Part shown: positions 27,164-35,776 of the stretch, one piece after another
How positions within the stretch are numbered: the stretch's first letter is position 1
How the letters are laid out: each line of letters starts with the position of its first letter
Source of the DNA: Chthoniobacterales bacterium
Lineage (GTDB): Bacteria; Verrucomicrobiota; Verrucomicrobiia; Chthoniobacterales; Chthoniobacteraceae
DNA length: 64,000 nucleotides
Direction: 5' to 3'
Assembly: GCA_038207335.1 (NCBI GenBank)
Contig: JBBQZX010000001.1
Coordinates: 224,001-288,000 of the forward strand
Notes under the pieces: generated by a model
Told to the model about the DNA's origin: nothing
The model's input: only the letters and a program-made list of their open reading frames with translations
Databases searched by the model: none
Made by a program: the position numbers and the translations under genes

Positions 27164-28330
27164 ATGAACCCATCCGAAATGCCCGTCGAAACCGCCGTCA
27201 AACAACGCTACGCCGCAGGTGCGCAGGCGCAGGAAGCAGCGCTCTGCTGCCCGGTCGATTACGATCCGCAATATCTGAAAGTGATCCCGCAGGAAGTCAT
27301 CGAGCGCGATTACGGCTGCGGCGATCCGAGCAAGCATGTGCGCCGCGGAGAGACGGTGCTCGACCTCGGCAGCGGCACCGGAAAAATCTGCTTCATCACC
27401 TCGCAGGTCGTCGGACCGGAGGGCCGCGTGATCGGTGTGGACATGACCGACGCCATGCTCGAAGTCGCGCGCCGCAACGCGCCGATCGTCGCCGAGCGCA
27501 TCGGCCACGCGAACGTTGAATTTCGCAAAGGCCGCATCCAGGACCTCGCGCTCGATTTGGAAAAGCTCGACGCCGAGCTGAAGTCGCGTCCCATCGCGAG
27601 CGCCGACGCCTTTCTCGCCGCCGAAGACCTCGCGCAGGAACTGCGGCTCAAGCACCCGCTCGTCGCCACCGAATCCATCGACGTCGTCGTCTCGAATTGC
27701 GTGCTGAACCTCGTCGAGCCGCGCGCCAAGCGGCAGATGTTCGACGAGCTTTTCCGCGTCCTGAAAATCGGCGGACGCGCAGTGATCTCCGACATCGTGG
27801 CCGATGAAGACGTGCCAGAGGAAATGCAGAACGACCCCGAGCTCTGGAGCGGCTGCATCTCCGGCGCGCTCACCGAGGGCGATTTTCTCGAGGCATTCGA
27901 GAACGCCGGATTTTACGGAATGCGGATTCTGAAACGCGACGAGGAGCCGTGGCGCACGGTCGGCGGCATCGAGTTTCGCTCCGTCACGATCGAGGCGTGG
28001 AAAGGCAAACAGGGCGCGTGTTTCGAGCACAATCAGGCGATCGTTTATCGCGGTCCGTTCAAGGCGGTGCTCGACGACGACGACCATCACATCACGCGCG
28101 GCGTCCGCCATGCCGTGTGCGACAAGACGTTTCAGCTCTTTAAAAAAGAGCCGTATGCGGAGCACTTCGACTTCATCGAGCCGCTGACCCCGATCGCCCC
28201 GGAAGCCGCTCTGCCATTTGATTCCGGGCGATCGGAACTCCGGCATCCGCGCGAAACCAAGGGCCTCGACTACGACGCCACGAGCGAGGAATCGAGCTGC
28301 TGCGGCTCGGACGGCGGCGGTTGCTGCTGA
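27164..28330 (+). CDS. arsM: Arsenite S-adenosylmethionine methyltransferase-like protein
   Basis: LCCP, YGCGDP, LDLGSGTG, GVDMT, SNCVLNL, WSGCISGA (ArsM Cys positions present); Cys-rich C-terminus SCCG...GCC. Confidence 0.8.
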   Translation: MNPSEMPVETAVKQRYAAGAQAQEAALCCPVDYDPQYLKVIPQEVIERDYGCGDPSKHVRRGETVLDLGSGTGKICFITSQVVGPEGRVIGVDMTDAMLEVARRNAPIVAERIGHANVEFRKGRIQDLALDLEKLDAELKSRPIASADAFLAAEDLAQELRLKHPLVATESIDVVVSNCVLNLVEPRAKRQMFDELFRVLKIGGRAVISDIVADEDVPEEMQNDPELWSGCISGALTEGDFLEAFENAGFYGMRILKRDEEPWRTVGGIEFRSVTIEAWKGKQGACFEHNQAIVYRGPFKAVLDDDDHHITRGVRHAVCDKTFQLFKKEPYAEHFDFIEPLTPIAPEAALPFDSGRSELRHPRETKGLDYDATSEESSCCGSDGGGCC

Positions 28331-28334
28331 TGCG

Positions 28335-29291
28335 ATGAATCGGTTCGACACCGCCATCGCCGAACGCGGTCGCACACTGTATCGCGACGCCCCGGAGATT
28401 CTGCAAATCAACGTCGGCAAGCTGTGCAATCTCACCTGCTCGCACTGCCACGTGAATGCCGGACCGTCGCGCAAAGAGATCATGACGCGGGACACGCTCG
28501 ACCGGATTCTCGATTGGTTTGCCGACACCGACCTCCCGACGCTCGACCTCACTGGCGGCGCGCCGGAGATGATTCCCGACTTCCGCCACGCCATCGAGCG
28601 CGTCCGCGAAATGTCGCCGCGCCGCCGGATCATCGACCGCTGCAACCTCACGATTCTGCTGGAGCCCGGCTACGACGGACTCGCGGAATTTCTCGCCGAA
28701 AACGAAGTCGAGATCGTCGCCTCGATGCCGTGCTACTCGCCGGAAAACGTGAACGCGCAGCGCGGCGACGGCGTCTTCGATGGGAGCATCACCGCGCTGC
28801 AACTCCTTAACCGCCTCGGTTACGGCACGCGTCCCGAGCTCCCGCTGCATCTCGTCTATAACCCGAACGGCGCAAAGCTCCCCGGCCCGCAAGCCGAGCT
28901 CGAAGCCGACTACAAACGCGAACTCGCCGAGCATTTCGGCATCACGTTCAACAGCCTCTACACGATTACGAATCTCCCCATCTCGCGCTTCGCCAGCTAC
29001 CTGCGGCACGAGGGGAAATACGACGAATATCTCGCGCTGCTGATCGAGTCTTTCAACCCCGCGACTGTCGATGGCCTCATGTGCCGCAACACGATCAACG
29101 TGAGTTGGCAGGGCGAAACGCACGACTGCGACTTCAACCAAATGCTCAAGCTCCCGCTCGCCGGAAACGGCCGCGCTTTCGTCTGGGACCTCGATCCCGC
29201 CACGCTCGCAGGTCTCCCCATCGCCACCGCCGACCACTGCTTCGGCTGCACCGCAGGCGCCGGCTCGAGCTGCGGCGGCTCACTCCTCTAA
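28335..29291 (+). CDS. arsS: Arsenosugar biosynthesis radical SAM protein (TIGR04167-like, DUF3641 C-terminus)
   Basis: LQINVGKLCNLTCSHCHV, DLTGGAPE, DRCNLT, ASMPCY, QRGDGVF, LVYNP, LMCR, DCDFNQ, HCFGCTAGAGSSCGG; ATG at 28335. Confidence 0.9.
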   Translation: MNRFDTAIAERGRTLYRDAPEILQINVGKLCNLTCSHCHVNAGPSRKEIMTRDTLDRILDWFADTDLPTLDLTGGAPEMIPDFRHAIERVREMSPRRRIIDRCNLTILLEPGYDGLAEFLAENEVEIVASMPCYSPENVNAQRGDGVFDGSITALQLLNRLGYGTRPELPLHLVYNPNGAKLPGPQAELEADYKRELAEHFGITFNSLYTITNLPISRFASYLRHEGKYDEYLALLIESFNPATVDGLMCRNTINVSWQGETHDCDFNQMLKLPLAGNGRAFVWDLDPATLAGLPIATADHCFGCTAGAGSSCGGSLL

Positions 29292-29292
29292 A

Positions 29293-30138
29293 ATGAAAAC
29301 AAACAACCTGAAATCGCTCGTCGTCATCGCCTGCGCGGTCGCGTTCATCGCCATCACCACCGGCTGCGCTACGGCCAAGGAAAAGCCGATCACCGTCGCA
29401 TTCCCCGCCGGCATCCACCACGAAGCGTGGGACGCGCTCGTGAAGAAATACGTGAACGAAAAAGGCCTCGTGGCCTACGCGAAATGGAAGGCAAACGCCG
29501 CCGATCAAAAAGCGCTCGCCGACTACCTTGCTCAGTTCGGGGCGAAGCCCGAGCCGGCGGCAAAAGGCGACGAGCTCGCGGCTTCCGGGATAAACGCCTA
29601 CAACGCCTTCGCGATCCACACGATCCTTGAAAACTACCCGGTCGAAAGCATCCACAAAATCTCCGGCGTCTTTGAAAATCGCGCCCATCTCATCGGCGGC
29701 AAAAAAGTCGCCCTCAACGACATCGAGCACGGCACCATGCGCCCGCTGCTCGGATACCGCGCGCACGCCGCGCTCGTCTGCTGCGCGCGCAGTTGCCCGC
29801 CGCTCCGGCGCTTCGCCTACACCGCCGCCGGCCTCGATGGCCAAATCGAAGTCGCCTATACGAACTGGCTCGCCCGCGAGGATCTCAACAAATACGAGCC
29901 CGACAAAAACCAGGTCGAGATTTCGAGCATCTTCAAGTGGTTCAAGGAGGACTTCGAAGCCGCCGGGGGCGTGCCGAAAATCCTCGGGATGTATGGCCCG
30001 CTCGCTCAGCGCCCGTTCCTCGCGAAAGGCGGCTACAAGATCGAAAACCTTCCTTACCACTGGGGTCTGAACGACCAAAGCGCCCTCGGCAAAGACTACT
30101 CGAAGAGCGACCTGATCTTCGACCACATCTTCAAGTAA
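29293..30138 (+). CDS. DUF547 domain lipoprotein
   Basis: Lipobox TTGC; GLVAY, INAYNA, LNDIEH, HAALVCCARSCPPL, SSIFKWFKEDF, YHWGLND. Confidence 0.85.
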   Translation: MKTNNLKSLVVIACAVAFIAITTGCATAKEKPITVAFPAGIHHEAWDALVKKYVNEKGLVAYAKWKANAADQKALADYLAQFGAKPEPAAKGDELAASGINAYNAFAIHTILENYPVESIHKISGVFENRAHLIGGKKVALNDIEHGTMRPLLGYRAHAALVCCARSCPPLRRFAYTAAGLDGQIEVAYTNWLAREDLNKYEPDKNQVEISSIFKWFKEDFEAAGGVPKILGMYGPLAQRPFLAKGGYKIENLPYHWGLNDQSALGKDYSKSDLIFDHIFK

Positions 30139-30182
30139 GCAGCGGCGCTCGTGACCTGCGAGGAGCGAGAATTCTGCACTGA

Positions 30183-31196
30183 CTACCGCCCGAAGAACCC
30201 TCGCAGCTCCGCTCGGAATTTTTCCGCTTCCTCGAGATGCACGATGTGGTCGGAGCGCTCGAACCAGATTAGCCGCTTCCCATGCGGTGCGCGGAGTTTT
30301 GCGAAATAGTCCGCGCCGAGCGTCGGACTTAGGACAGTGTCGCGGCGGCCGAGGAAAAACGCGACCGGCACGTCGATTTGCGGTACCTCGTATTCGAGAT
30401 CGTGGCTCCACGCATCGTGCTCCAGCGCGTGTCCGGAAAACTTGATCCCGCGCAGCGTGTCGAGGTCGTCCGCAAGCGAGTAATACGGCGATTGCAGCCC
30501 GAGCCAAATGTATCGCGAGAGCGTCATCTCGTGCTTCACCGGCGGCTGAACAGCTTTCGTGATCTTGTTCACTTCGCGTTCGAGTTTCCGCGTGGCATAC
30601 GGCGGCTCGCCGATCTCGTGGAGCCGCTCCGCGACGTTTTGAAAGCCCCGCGCCTCGGCCACCGCGATGCCCTCGCGATGCAGCAGGAGCTCCGAGTGCG
30701 GCACACTCACGAGCTGCGAGATGCCGATGTATCCGCGATACAGCTCCGGCACCCGGTGCAGCGTTTCGACTGCGACAAGGGTGCCCCACGAAAAGCCGAC
30801 GAGGTCGATCTTCTTCTGCCCGAATCGTCGCATGAGCAGCCGCGTCAACTGCTCCGCATCGCGTGAGATTTTTGCGAGGCTCATTTCGCTGAGCGGGATG
30901 CCGGGATCGAACGATTTACCCGCGCCGCGCTGGTCCCAATACACCATTGTGAAGTCGCTCTCGAGTTCTGCGTTGTAGTGCGAGAACGGCATTTCCGGCA
31001 GGCCCGGACCGCCGTGGATGAAGAGCAGCACAGGATTTGCGGCATTTCGACCGCGGATGAAAATGGTCTGCTCTCTGCCGCCGAGATTCACCTTTTCCTC
31101 GCACGAAATGCCGGGTGCCGCGAGCGGTGGCTGCTTCGTCGTCACGCATCCGATAAGAAAAGTCGCTGCGATAAGCGCGATCGGGCGGAGGTTCAT
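30183..31196 (-). CDS. Alpha/beta-hydrolase lipoprotein (proline iminopeptidase-like family)
   Basis: MNLRPIALIAATFLIGC lipobox; HGGPG, WDQRGAGKS, GFSWG, GRRD, SDH. Confidence 0.85.
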   Translation of the reverse strand: MNLRPIALIAATFLIGCVTTKQPPLAAPGISCEEKVNLGGREQTIFIRGRNAANPVLLFIHGGPGLPEMPFSHYNAELESDFTMVYWDQRGAGKSFDPGIPLSEMSLAKISRDAEQLTRLLMRRFGQKKIDLVGFSWGTLVAVETLHRVPELYRGYIGISQLVSVPHSELLLHREGIAVAEARGFQNVAERLHEIGEPPYATRKLEREVNKITKAVQPPVKHEMTLSRYIWLGLQSPYYSLADDLDTLRGIKFSGHALEHDAWSHDLEYEVPQIDVPVAFFLGRRDTVLSPTLGADYFAKLRAPHGKRLIWFERSDHIVHLEEAEKFRAELRGFFGR

Positions 31197-32308
31197 TTCG
31201 ATGTTTGGTAGCGCGCGAGGAAGGCGCGATCGATGCGATCTTTCAGCCAAAACGAAGCGCGCCCGAGCCAGTGAAATCCACGCCAGCGGGCGAGTCCAAT
31301 GCCGCTGCCGAGATTGAGGATGAGGAGACAATGGGCTTGCGGATGAAACTCGCGGAGCGGATCGCCCGAGAGAGTCGCGAGTAGATTGTGGAAGATCACG
31401 GGCGCTTGCCGGATGGCATAAACGCCGACTTTTGACAGGTCGCGGTCGCGCATTTTCACGCAGTCGCCGCCGCCAAAGATGCGGTCGTCGCCGGTCGAAC
31501 AGAGGTGATGGTCGATGAGCAGCTCGCAGCGGTCGCTGACCGGCAGCCCTGTCTCCGTGAGTATTCGCGGCGGATGAAGTCCCGTGGCATTGACGAGAAA
31601 ATCGAACGGCACGCGGTCTCCGCGCGTGGTGACCGCGTGACGATCCTCGATGCGTGTGACGCCGGAATCGAGTTGCACGGCGATCTCGTGTTTTGCCAGC
31701 CAACGCTCCAGCGTGCGGGCACCGCCTTTTGAAAACCCCGAGAGCAGTCGCTTGCCTCGCGCGAGAATTGTGATCTCCGCGCGCTCACCGAGCAGCGCGC
31801 GGACATTCGCCGCGATCTCGGAGCCGGACGCGCCGCCGCCCGCGATGACTACGCGCGGCGAGCCGGGCGCGGCTTCGAGTTCGCGGCGCAGGCGCGCGAG
31901 TTCGTGGAGCGGCTTGATCGGGAAGACGCGATCGGTCGCGCCGGGGATCGCGTGGACTTCGCTGCCGAGATTGAGCGACAGGACGTCGTAGGAAAGTGAC
32001 TCGCCGCCCGCCAGTCGCACGGTGCGCTTGCGCGGGTCGATCGACTCAGCGCGGTCTCGGATGAAGCGGCATCCAGCGCCGCCTCGCTTCACGAGCGCGG
32101 CAATATCGACCTGATCCTGCTCCGGCGTGTAGCAGCCGCCGACGACACCAGTCGCGAGGCCGGAATACCAAAAGTTTTCCGGCGCCACGACGACGAGTTC
32201 GAAGCCGCGTTGCGTGAATTCCGCTGCGCGGTTGATCGTGTAAAGATGCGCATGTCCAGCGCCGATGAGCAGCGCGCGCTTGCGCCGCGGATCGGCTTGA
32301 GTGCTCAT
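31193..32308 (-). CDS. FAD-dependent pyridine nucleotide-disulfide oxidoreductase (type resembling the SelD N-terminal domain)
   Basis: IGAGHAHL, YSG, YDVLSLNLGS, PIKP, GGGASGSE, GGGDC, KVGVYAIRQ, WLKDRIDRAF; ATG at 32308. Confidence 0.8.
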   Translation of the reverse strand: MSTQADPRRKRALLIGAGHAHLYTINRAAEFTQRGFELVVVAPENFWYSGLATGVVGGCYTPEQDQVDIAALVKRGGAGCRFIRDRAESIDPRKRTVRLAGGESLSYDVLSLNLGSEVHAIPGATDRVFPIKPLHELARLRRELEAAPGSPRVVIAGGGASGSEIAANVRALLGERAEITILARGKRLLSGFSKGGARTLERWLAKHEIAVQLDSGVTRIEDRHAVTTRGDRVPFDFLVNATGLHPPRILTETGLPVSDRCELLIDHHLCSTGDDRIFGGGDCVKMRDRDLSKVGVYAIRQAPVIFHNLLATLSGDPLREFHPQAHCLLILNLGSGIGLARWRGFHWLGRASFWLKDRIDRAFLARYQTSK

Positions 32309-32922
32309 TTCGAGGACTCCAGATGCGGAAACGCCGCGACCGCGCGGAGCCAACTCGCGGCATCGTCCACGTCTTCCACCGCGTCGAGTTCGCGCCATTT
32401 TAGACCCGCTCCGCGAAGTCGATCGCGCGTCTCTTGGAGCACGCTCGCTGTGCTCCAGGCGATCTCGCGAAACAACTCGGGTTGCGTGGAACGGAGTGCG
32501 AGAAGGCAATATCCGCCGTCATCGGCGGGCACGATCACGGCGTCGTAATTGAGGAGTTTCGCGACCTGCCGAAACGTTCCCTCCGACAAATACGGGCAAT
32601 CTCCTCCGATGAAAACGAGCGGCGCGAAGTTGCGGGTGAAGTGCGCGAGCATCGCCGCGGAAAGCCGCGCGCCGAGGTCGCCGTTGCTTTGAGCGGAATA
32701 GTCGTGCGCGTCGCCGAGCCACTCGCGCATCGCGGGTTCCGCATCGGCGGGCGCGAGGCAAATGTGCGTGCGCCAGCCGCGAGGGATTTCCCGGAGCTGA
32801 TGCTCGACGAGGCGGCGATAGGCGTCCGTTGCAGCAGGGAAGCCAATCTCGCGGGCGAGCCGCGTTTTCACGAAGCCTTCGACGGGCGCTTTGAGCATCA
32901 GCAGCACCGTCGGAGCTGTCAC
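32305..32922 (-). CDS. TIGR04282-like / DUF2064 glycosyltransferase (CofC-like fold, ArsS-associated)
   Basis: KAP..GFVKTRLA, Q..GDLGARL, IGGDCP, PADDGGY, IAWST, DVDD. Confidence 0.88.
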   Translation of the reverse strand: MTAPTVLLMLKAPVEGFVKTRLAREIGFPAATDAYRRLVEHQLREIPRGWRTHICLAPADAEPAMREWLGDAHDYSAQSNGDLGARLSAAMLAHFTRNFAPLVFIGGDCPYLSEGTFRQVAKLLNYDAVIVPADDGGYCLLALRSTQPELFREIAWSTASVLQETRDRLRGAGLKWRELDAVEDVDDAASWLRAVAAFPHLESSK

Positions 32923-33470
32923 TTGAGGAAATCGAAGAACGGCGAGCTTTTCAACTGCGCGCGTTTCTTTTCATCGAGCAGCTTTCCAAATTTCTCATTG
33001 TACGGATGCACTCTCTGGGCGGGCTGGCCGTCGGCCACTATCGGGCGGTTTTCGTTTGCCCATTGAAAGATCGAGCCCTCGAGATTCGAGACGTTCGGCA
33101 CGCCGGCTTTGATGAGCTTTTCTGCCAAACTGGAGGAGCGATATCCGACCGAGCAATAGGTTACGACTGGGCGGCCCTTCGGCAGCGTCGGCAGCACGTC
33201 GGTGAGGTTTGCTGAAGGATCTACGCGGCTCGCGCCGACTAGATGGCTCACGTCGAACTCGGCTTTCGTGCGCACGTCGAGCAGCAGCGGCTTCTCGCGA
33301 TTCGAGTCGTGGAGCCACTTCGCGAGCTCGGCGGTGGAGAGTTGAGGCACGTCGCGAAATTTATCGCGCACGGTTTGTTTCACCTTGGCGAAAGCCGCGT
33401 CGTCCGCGCGCACGAAGCCGGTGCAGAGGCCGACGAGAAAGATGATCTGCGAAGGCTTGAGGAAGCTCAT
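32919..33470 (-). CDS. Exported rhodanese-like domain protein
   Basis: Signal peptide; LLDVR..EFDVSHL.GA, YCSVGYRS active-site loop, NLEGSIFQWANE, VHPY. Confidence 0.85.
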   Translation of the reverse strand: MSFLKPSQIIFLVGLCTGFVRADDAAFAKVKQTVRDKFRDVPQLSTAELAKWLHDSNREKPLLLDVRTKAEFDVSHLVGASRVDPSANLTDVLPTLPKGRPVVTYCSVGYRSSSLAEKLIKAGVPNVSNLEGSIFQWANENRPIVADGQPAQRVHPYNEKFGKLLDEKKRAQLKSSPFFDFLK

Positions 33471-34325
33471 TTAGTTGCGCTCGTTCGCCTGCATCTCACG
33501 TTCCTGCCACGGATGCGTGGCGAAGAACGGATTGTTAATTTTTTCCTGCTCGACGGTCGAGAGGGGGCCATGGCCGGGGCAGAGAATTGTCGGGTCGGGG
33601 AGGGTGAGGATTTTCGCGAGGTTGTTTTTGAGCGCGTCGGTGTAGGAAACCATGCCGCCGCCCATCGAGCCCGCGAAGACGGCGTCGCCGACGATGGCGA
33701 GCGGCAGTGCGAGGCCGGTGATGACGTAGGTGATGCCGCCGACCGAATGGCCGCTCGTGAGGAGCGTCTTGATCGTGAGATTTCCGACCGTGAATTCGCG
33801 GCCTTCCGCAAACGACTCGGCACCGTCGAGCGGTTCTCTTTCTCCGACAAAAACGGATGCGCCGGTCTGCTCGACGAGGCGGTCGAGGTCGAAAATGTGG
33901 TCGCCGTGCGTGTGGGTGAGGAGGATGGATTTCAGCGTGAGGTCGTGCGCTTTCAAGGCGTCGAGGATGCCGGAGCAATCCGCGCCGGTGTCGAACGCTG
34001 CGGCTTCACGCGCCGCTGTATCCCAGACGAGATAGGCGTTCACTTTCATGTCCTCGTACGAGGTGTTGAATTGCGCGAGACCCTCGAGAGTGATGGGCGC
34101 GGGCTGCCATGATTTGTGACCTGACGCCGCGAGAGCGTCGGCTCCGAGGCCAAGCACTGGAGCCACTTTGCGGGCGGCGACTTCATTGAAATGACCCTCG
34201 CGCAGACGTTGGATTTCGAGTGCTTGGATGCCAGTCTGGACGGAGAGTTCGTTGTCGGAAAGTTTGAGGCCGCGCATCGCTTTGGAGATGATGTCGCTGG
34301 CGTTGTCTTCGAGTGGGATGCGCAT
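33471..34325 (-). CDS. MBL-fold metallo-hydrolase with N-terminal HTH-like domain
   Basis: THTHGDH, GHS, GDAVF, PGHG motifs; N-terminal helical extension. Confidence 0.85.
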   Translation of the reverse strand: MRIPLEDNASDIISKAMRGLKLSDNELSVQTGIQALEIQRLREGHFNEVAARKVAPVLGLGADALAASGHKSWQPAPITLEGLAQFNTSYEDMKVNAYLVWDTAAREAAAFDTGADCSGILDALKAHDLTLKSILLTHTHGDHIFDLDRLVEQTGASVFVGEREPLDGAESFAEGREFTVGNLTIKTLLTSGHSVGGITYVITGLALPLAIVGDAVFAGSMGGGMVSYTDALKNNLAKILTLPDPTILCPGHGPLSTVEQEKINNPFFATHPWQEREMQANERN

Positions 34326-34422
34326 GATGGGATGTTGAAACATCGCACGCGAACGGGCGAGCGCGCGGGTGATAACGGGTGCACGGGTGCGGGCTCCGCG
34401 GAGTTCGCGGGCCGACGCGCCG

Positions 34423-35652
34423 CTAGACCTCGGGGATCGTCGCTGGTGCTGGGGCGGTTTCTTTTGCGGGGCCGACGGCGGAGATGAGGAGCATCGCGAG
34501 AAGGAGGATGCCGCCGCTCGCGTAGAATGCGATGCGGGCGTAGTATGTGGCGGGGCCGGAGGCGTCGAAGGTGAGGAGATAAAACGCTAGCATCGGGCCG
34601 ACGAAGCGGCCGAGGCTGCCGGCGGATTGCATGAGGCCGAGGACGCGGCCTTGCGCGCGTCGGGTGGTGTGCTTGGAGGCGAGGCCGTTGAGAACGGGCG
34701 TGACGAAGCCGTTGCCAACCGCGATGCCGGCGCAGACCGCGAGCAGCCCTCCGAGGCTTTCGGTGTGGGCAAAGGCGAACATGCTGATGGCGAGGATGCC
34801 GGAGCCTGCGAGTGCGAGTTGCTTCTCGATCGGCTTTTTCAGAAGACGCCGGATGAGCCCGCCCTGCACTAGAACGCCAATGACGCCGACGTATGCGAGG
34901 ACGTAGCTGGAGTGCGCGATGTTGAGATTGAGGCGATGTTCGCAGAAGAGCGCGAAGAGCGCGGTCATCATGGAAAAGCCCGCGATGGAGGCGAGGTAGG
35001 CGAAGATGAGCATCGCGATCATGCGGCCGTGGCCAGTCTCGAAGACTTCGCCGAGCGTCGCCTTTTCGTGAGCCTGCACGCGGTGCTCGGGGCCGTGGGT
35101 CTCGGGGAGGAATGCGATGACGAGCGCGACATTCACGAGCGCGAGGCAGGCGGCGAAATAGAATGGGACGGCGACGCCGTATGCGTGTCCGAGCCAGCCG
35201 CCGAGGGCGGGGCCGATGATGAAACCTAGGCCGAATGCAACACCGATGAGGCCCATGCTTTTTGCGCGATTTTCCGGTGCGGTGACGTCGGCGATACATG
35301 CCTGCGCGGTGGCGATATTTCCGCCGCTCGCGCCATCGATGATGCGGCCGAGAAAGAGCATCCAAAGAGTGTTAGCCGCGCCTAAGATTGCGAATCCGAT
35401 CGCAGTGCCGAAGATGCTGCAAACCAGCACGGGTTTGCGTCCCACGCGATCGGAGATTTTCCCGAAGATCGGCCCGCAGACGAGCTGGAGCAGCGAGTAA
35501 ATGCCGACGAGCCAGCCGAGCTGCATCGGGGAGGCGTGAAATTTCGAACCTTCGGCATAGACCGGCAGGACGGGGATCATGATCCCGAAGCCGACCATAT
35601 CGATGAAGATGGTGAGGAAGATGAGGAGGAGCGGAGAGCGGGTGCGTGGCAT
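34423..35652 (-). CDS. MFS transporter (DHA1/TetA-like efflux family)
   Basis: GKISDRVGRKP motif A, GRIIDG, GFIIGPALGG motif C; about 12 TM helices; ATG at 35652. Confidence 0.9.
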   Translation of the reverse strand: MPRTRSPLLLIFLTIFIDMVGFGIMIPVLPVYAEGSKFHASPMQLGWLVGIYSLLQLVCGPIFGKISDRVGRKPVLVCSIFGTAIGFAILGAANTLWMLFLGRIIDGASGGNIATAQACIADVTAPENRAKSMGLIGVAFGLGFIIGPALGGWLGHAYGVAVPFYFAACLALVNVALVIAFLPETHGPEHRVQAHEKATLGEVFETGHGRMIAMLIFAYLASIAGFSMMTALFALFCEHRLNLNIAHSSYVLAYVGVIGVLVQGGLIRRLLKKPIEKQLALAGSGILAISMFAFAHTESLGGLLAVCAGIAVGNGFVTPVLNGLASKHTTRRAQGRVLGLMQSAGSLGRFVGPMLAFYLLTFDASGPATYYARIAFYASGGILLLAMLLISAVGPAKETAPAPATIPEV

Positions 35653-35737
35653 GGCGGCGGGTGGTGGAGGATTCAACAATCGGCGGGCGGGGCAAGGAGC
35701 GAATGGGGCCAAGAACGATGAAGAGGGCGACTCGTCC

Positions 35738-35765
35738 TTGCCGATGCGCTTCTCTGCCCTACAGT
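35738..35765 (+). promoter_or_regulatory. Putative sigma70 promoter for the SNF2 helicase
   Basis: TTGCCG-16 nt-TACAGT-11 nt-ATG(35777). Confidence 0.4.
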
Positions 35766-35776
35766 CCCCGCCCCAA

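Noticed and set aside
28322..28340. Selenocysteine readthrough at the end of arsM (TGC TGC TGA TGC)
   Set aside because: The TGA follows a natural Cys-rich tail, arsS starts 4 nt later in another frame, and the readthrough frame does not look protein-like. ArsS itself has Cys, not TGA, in GSSCGG.
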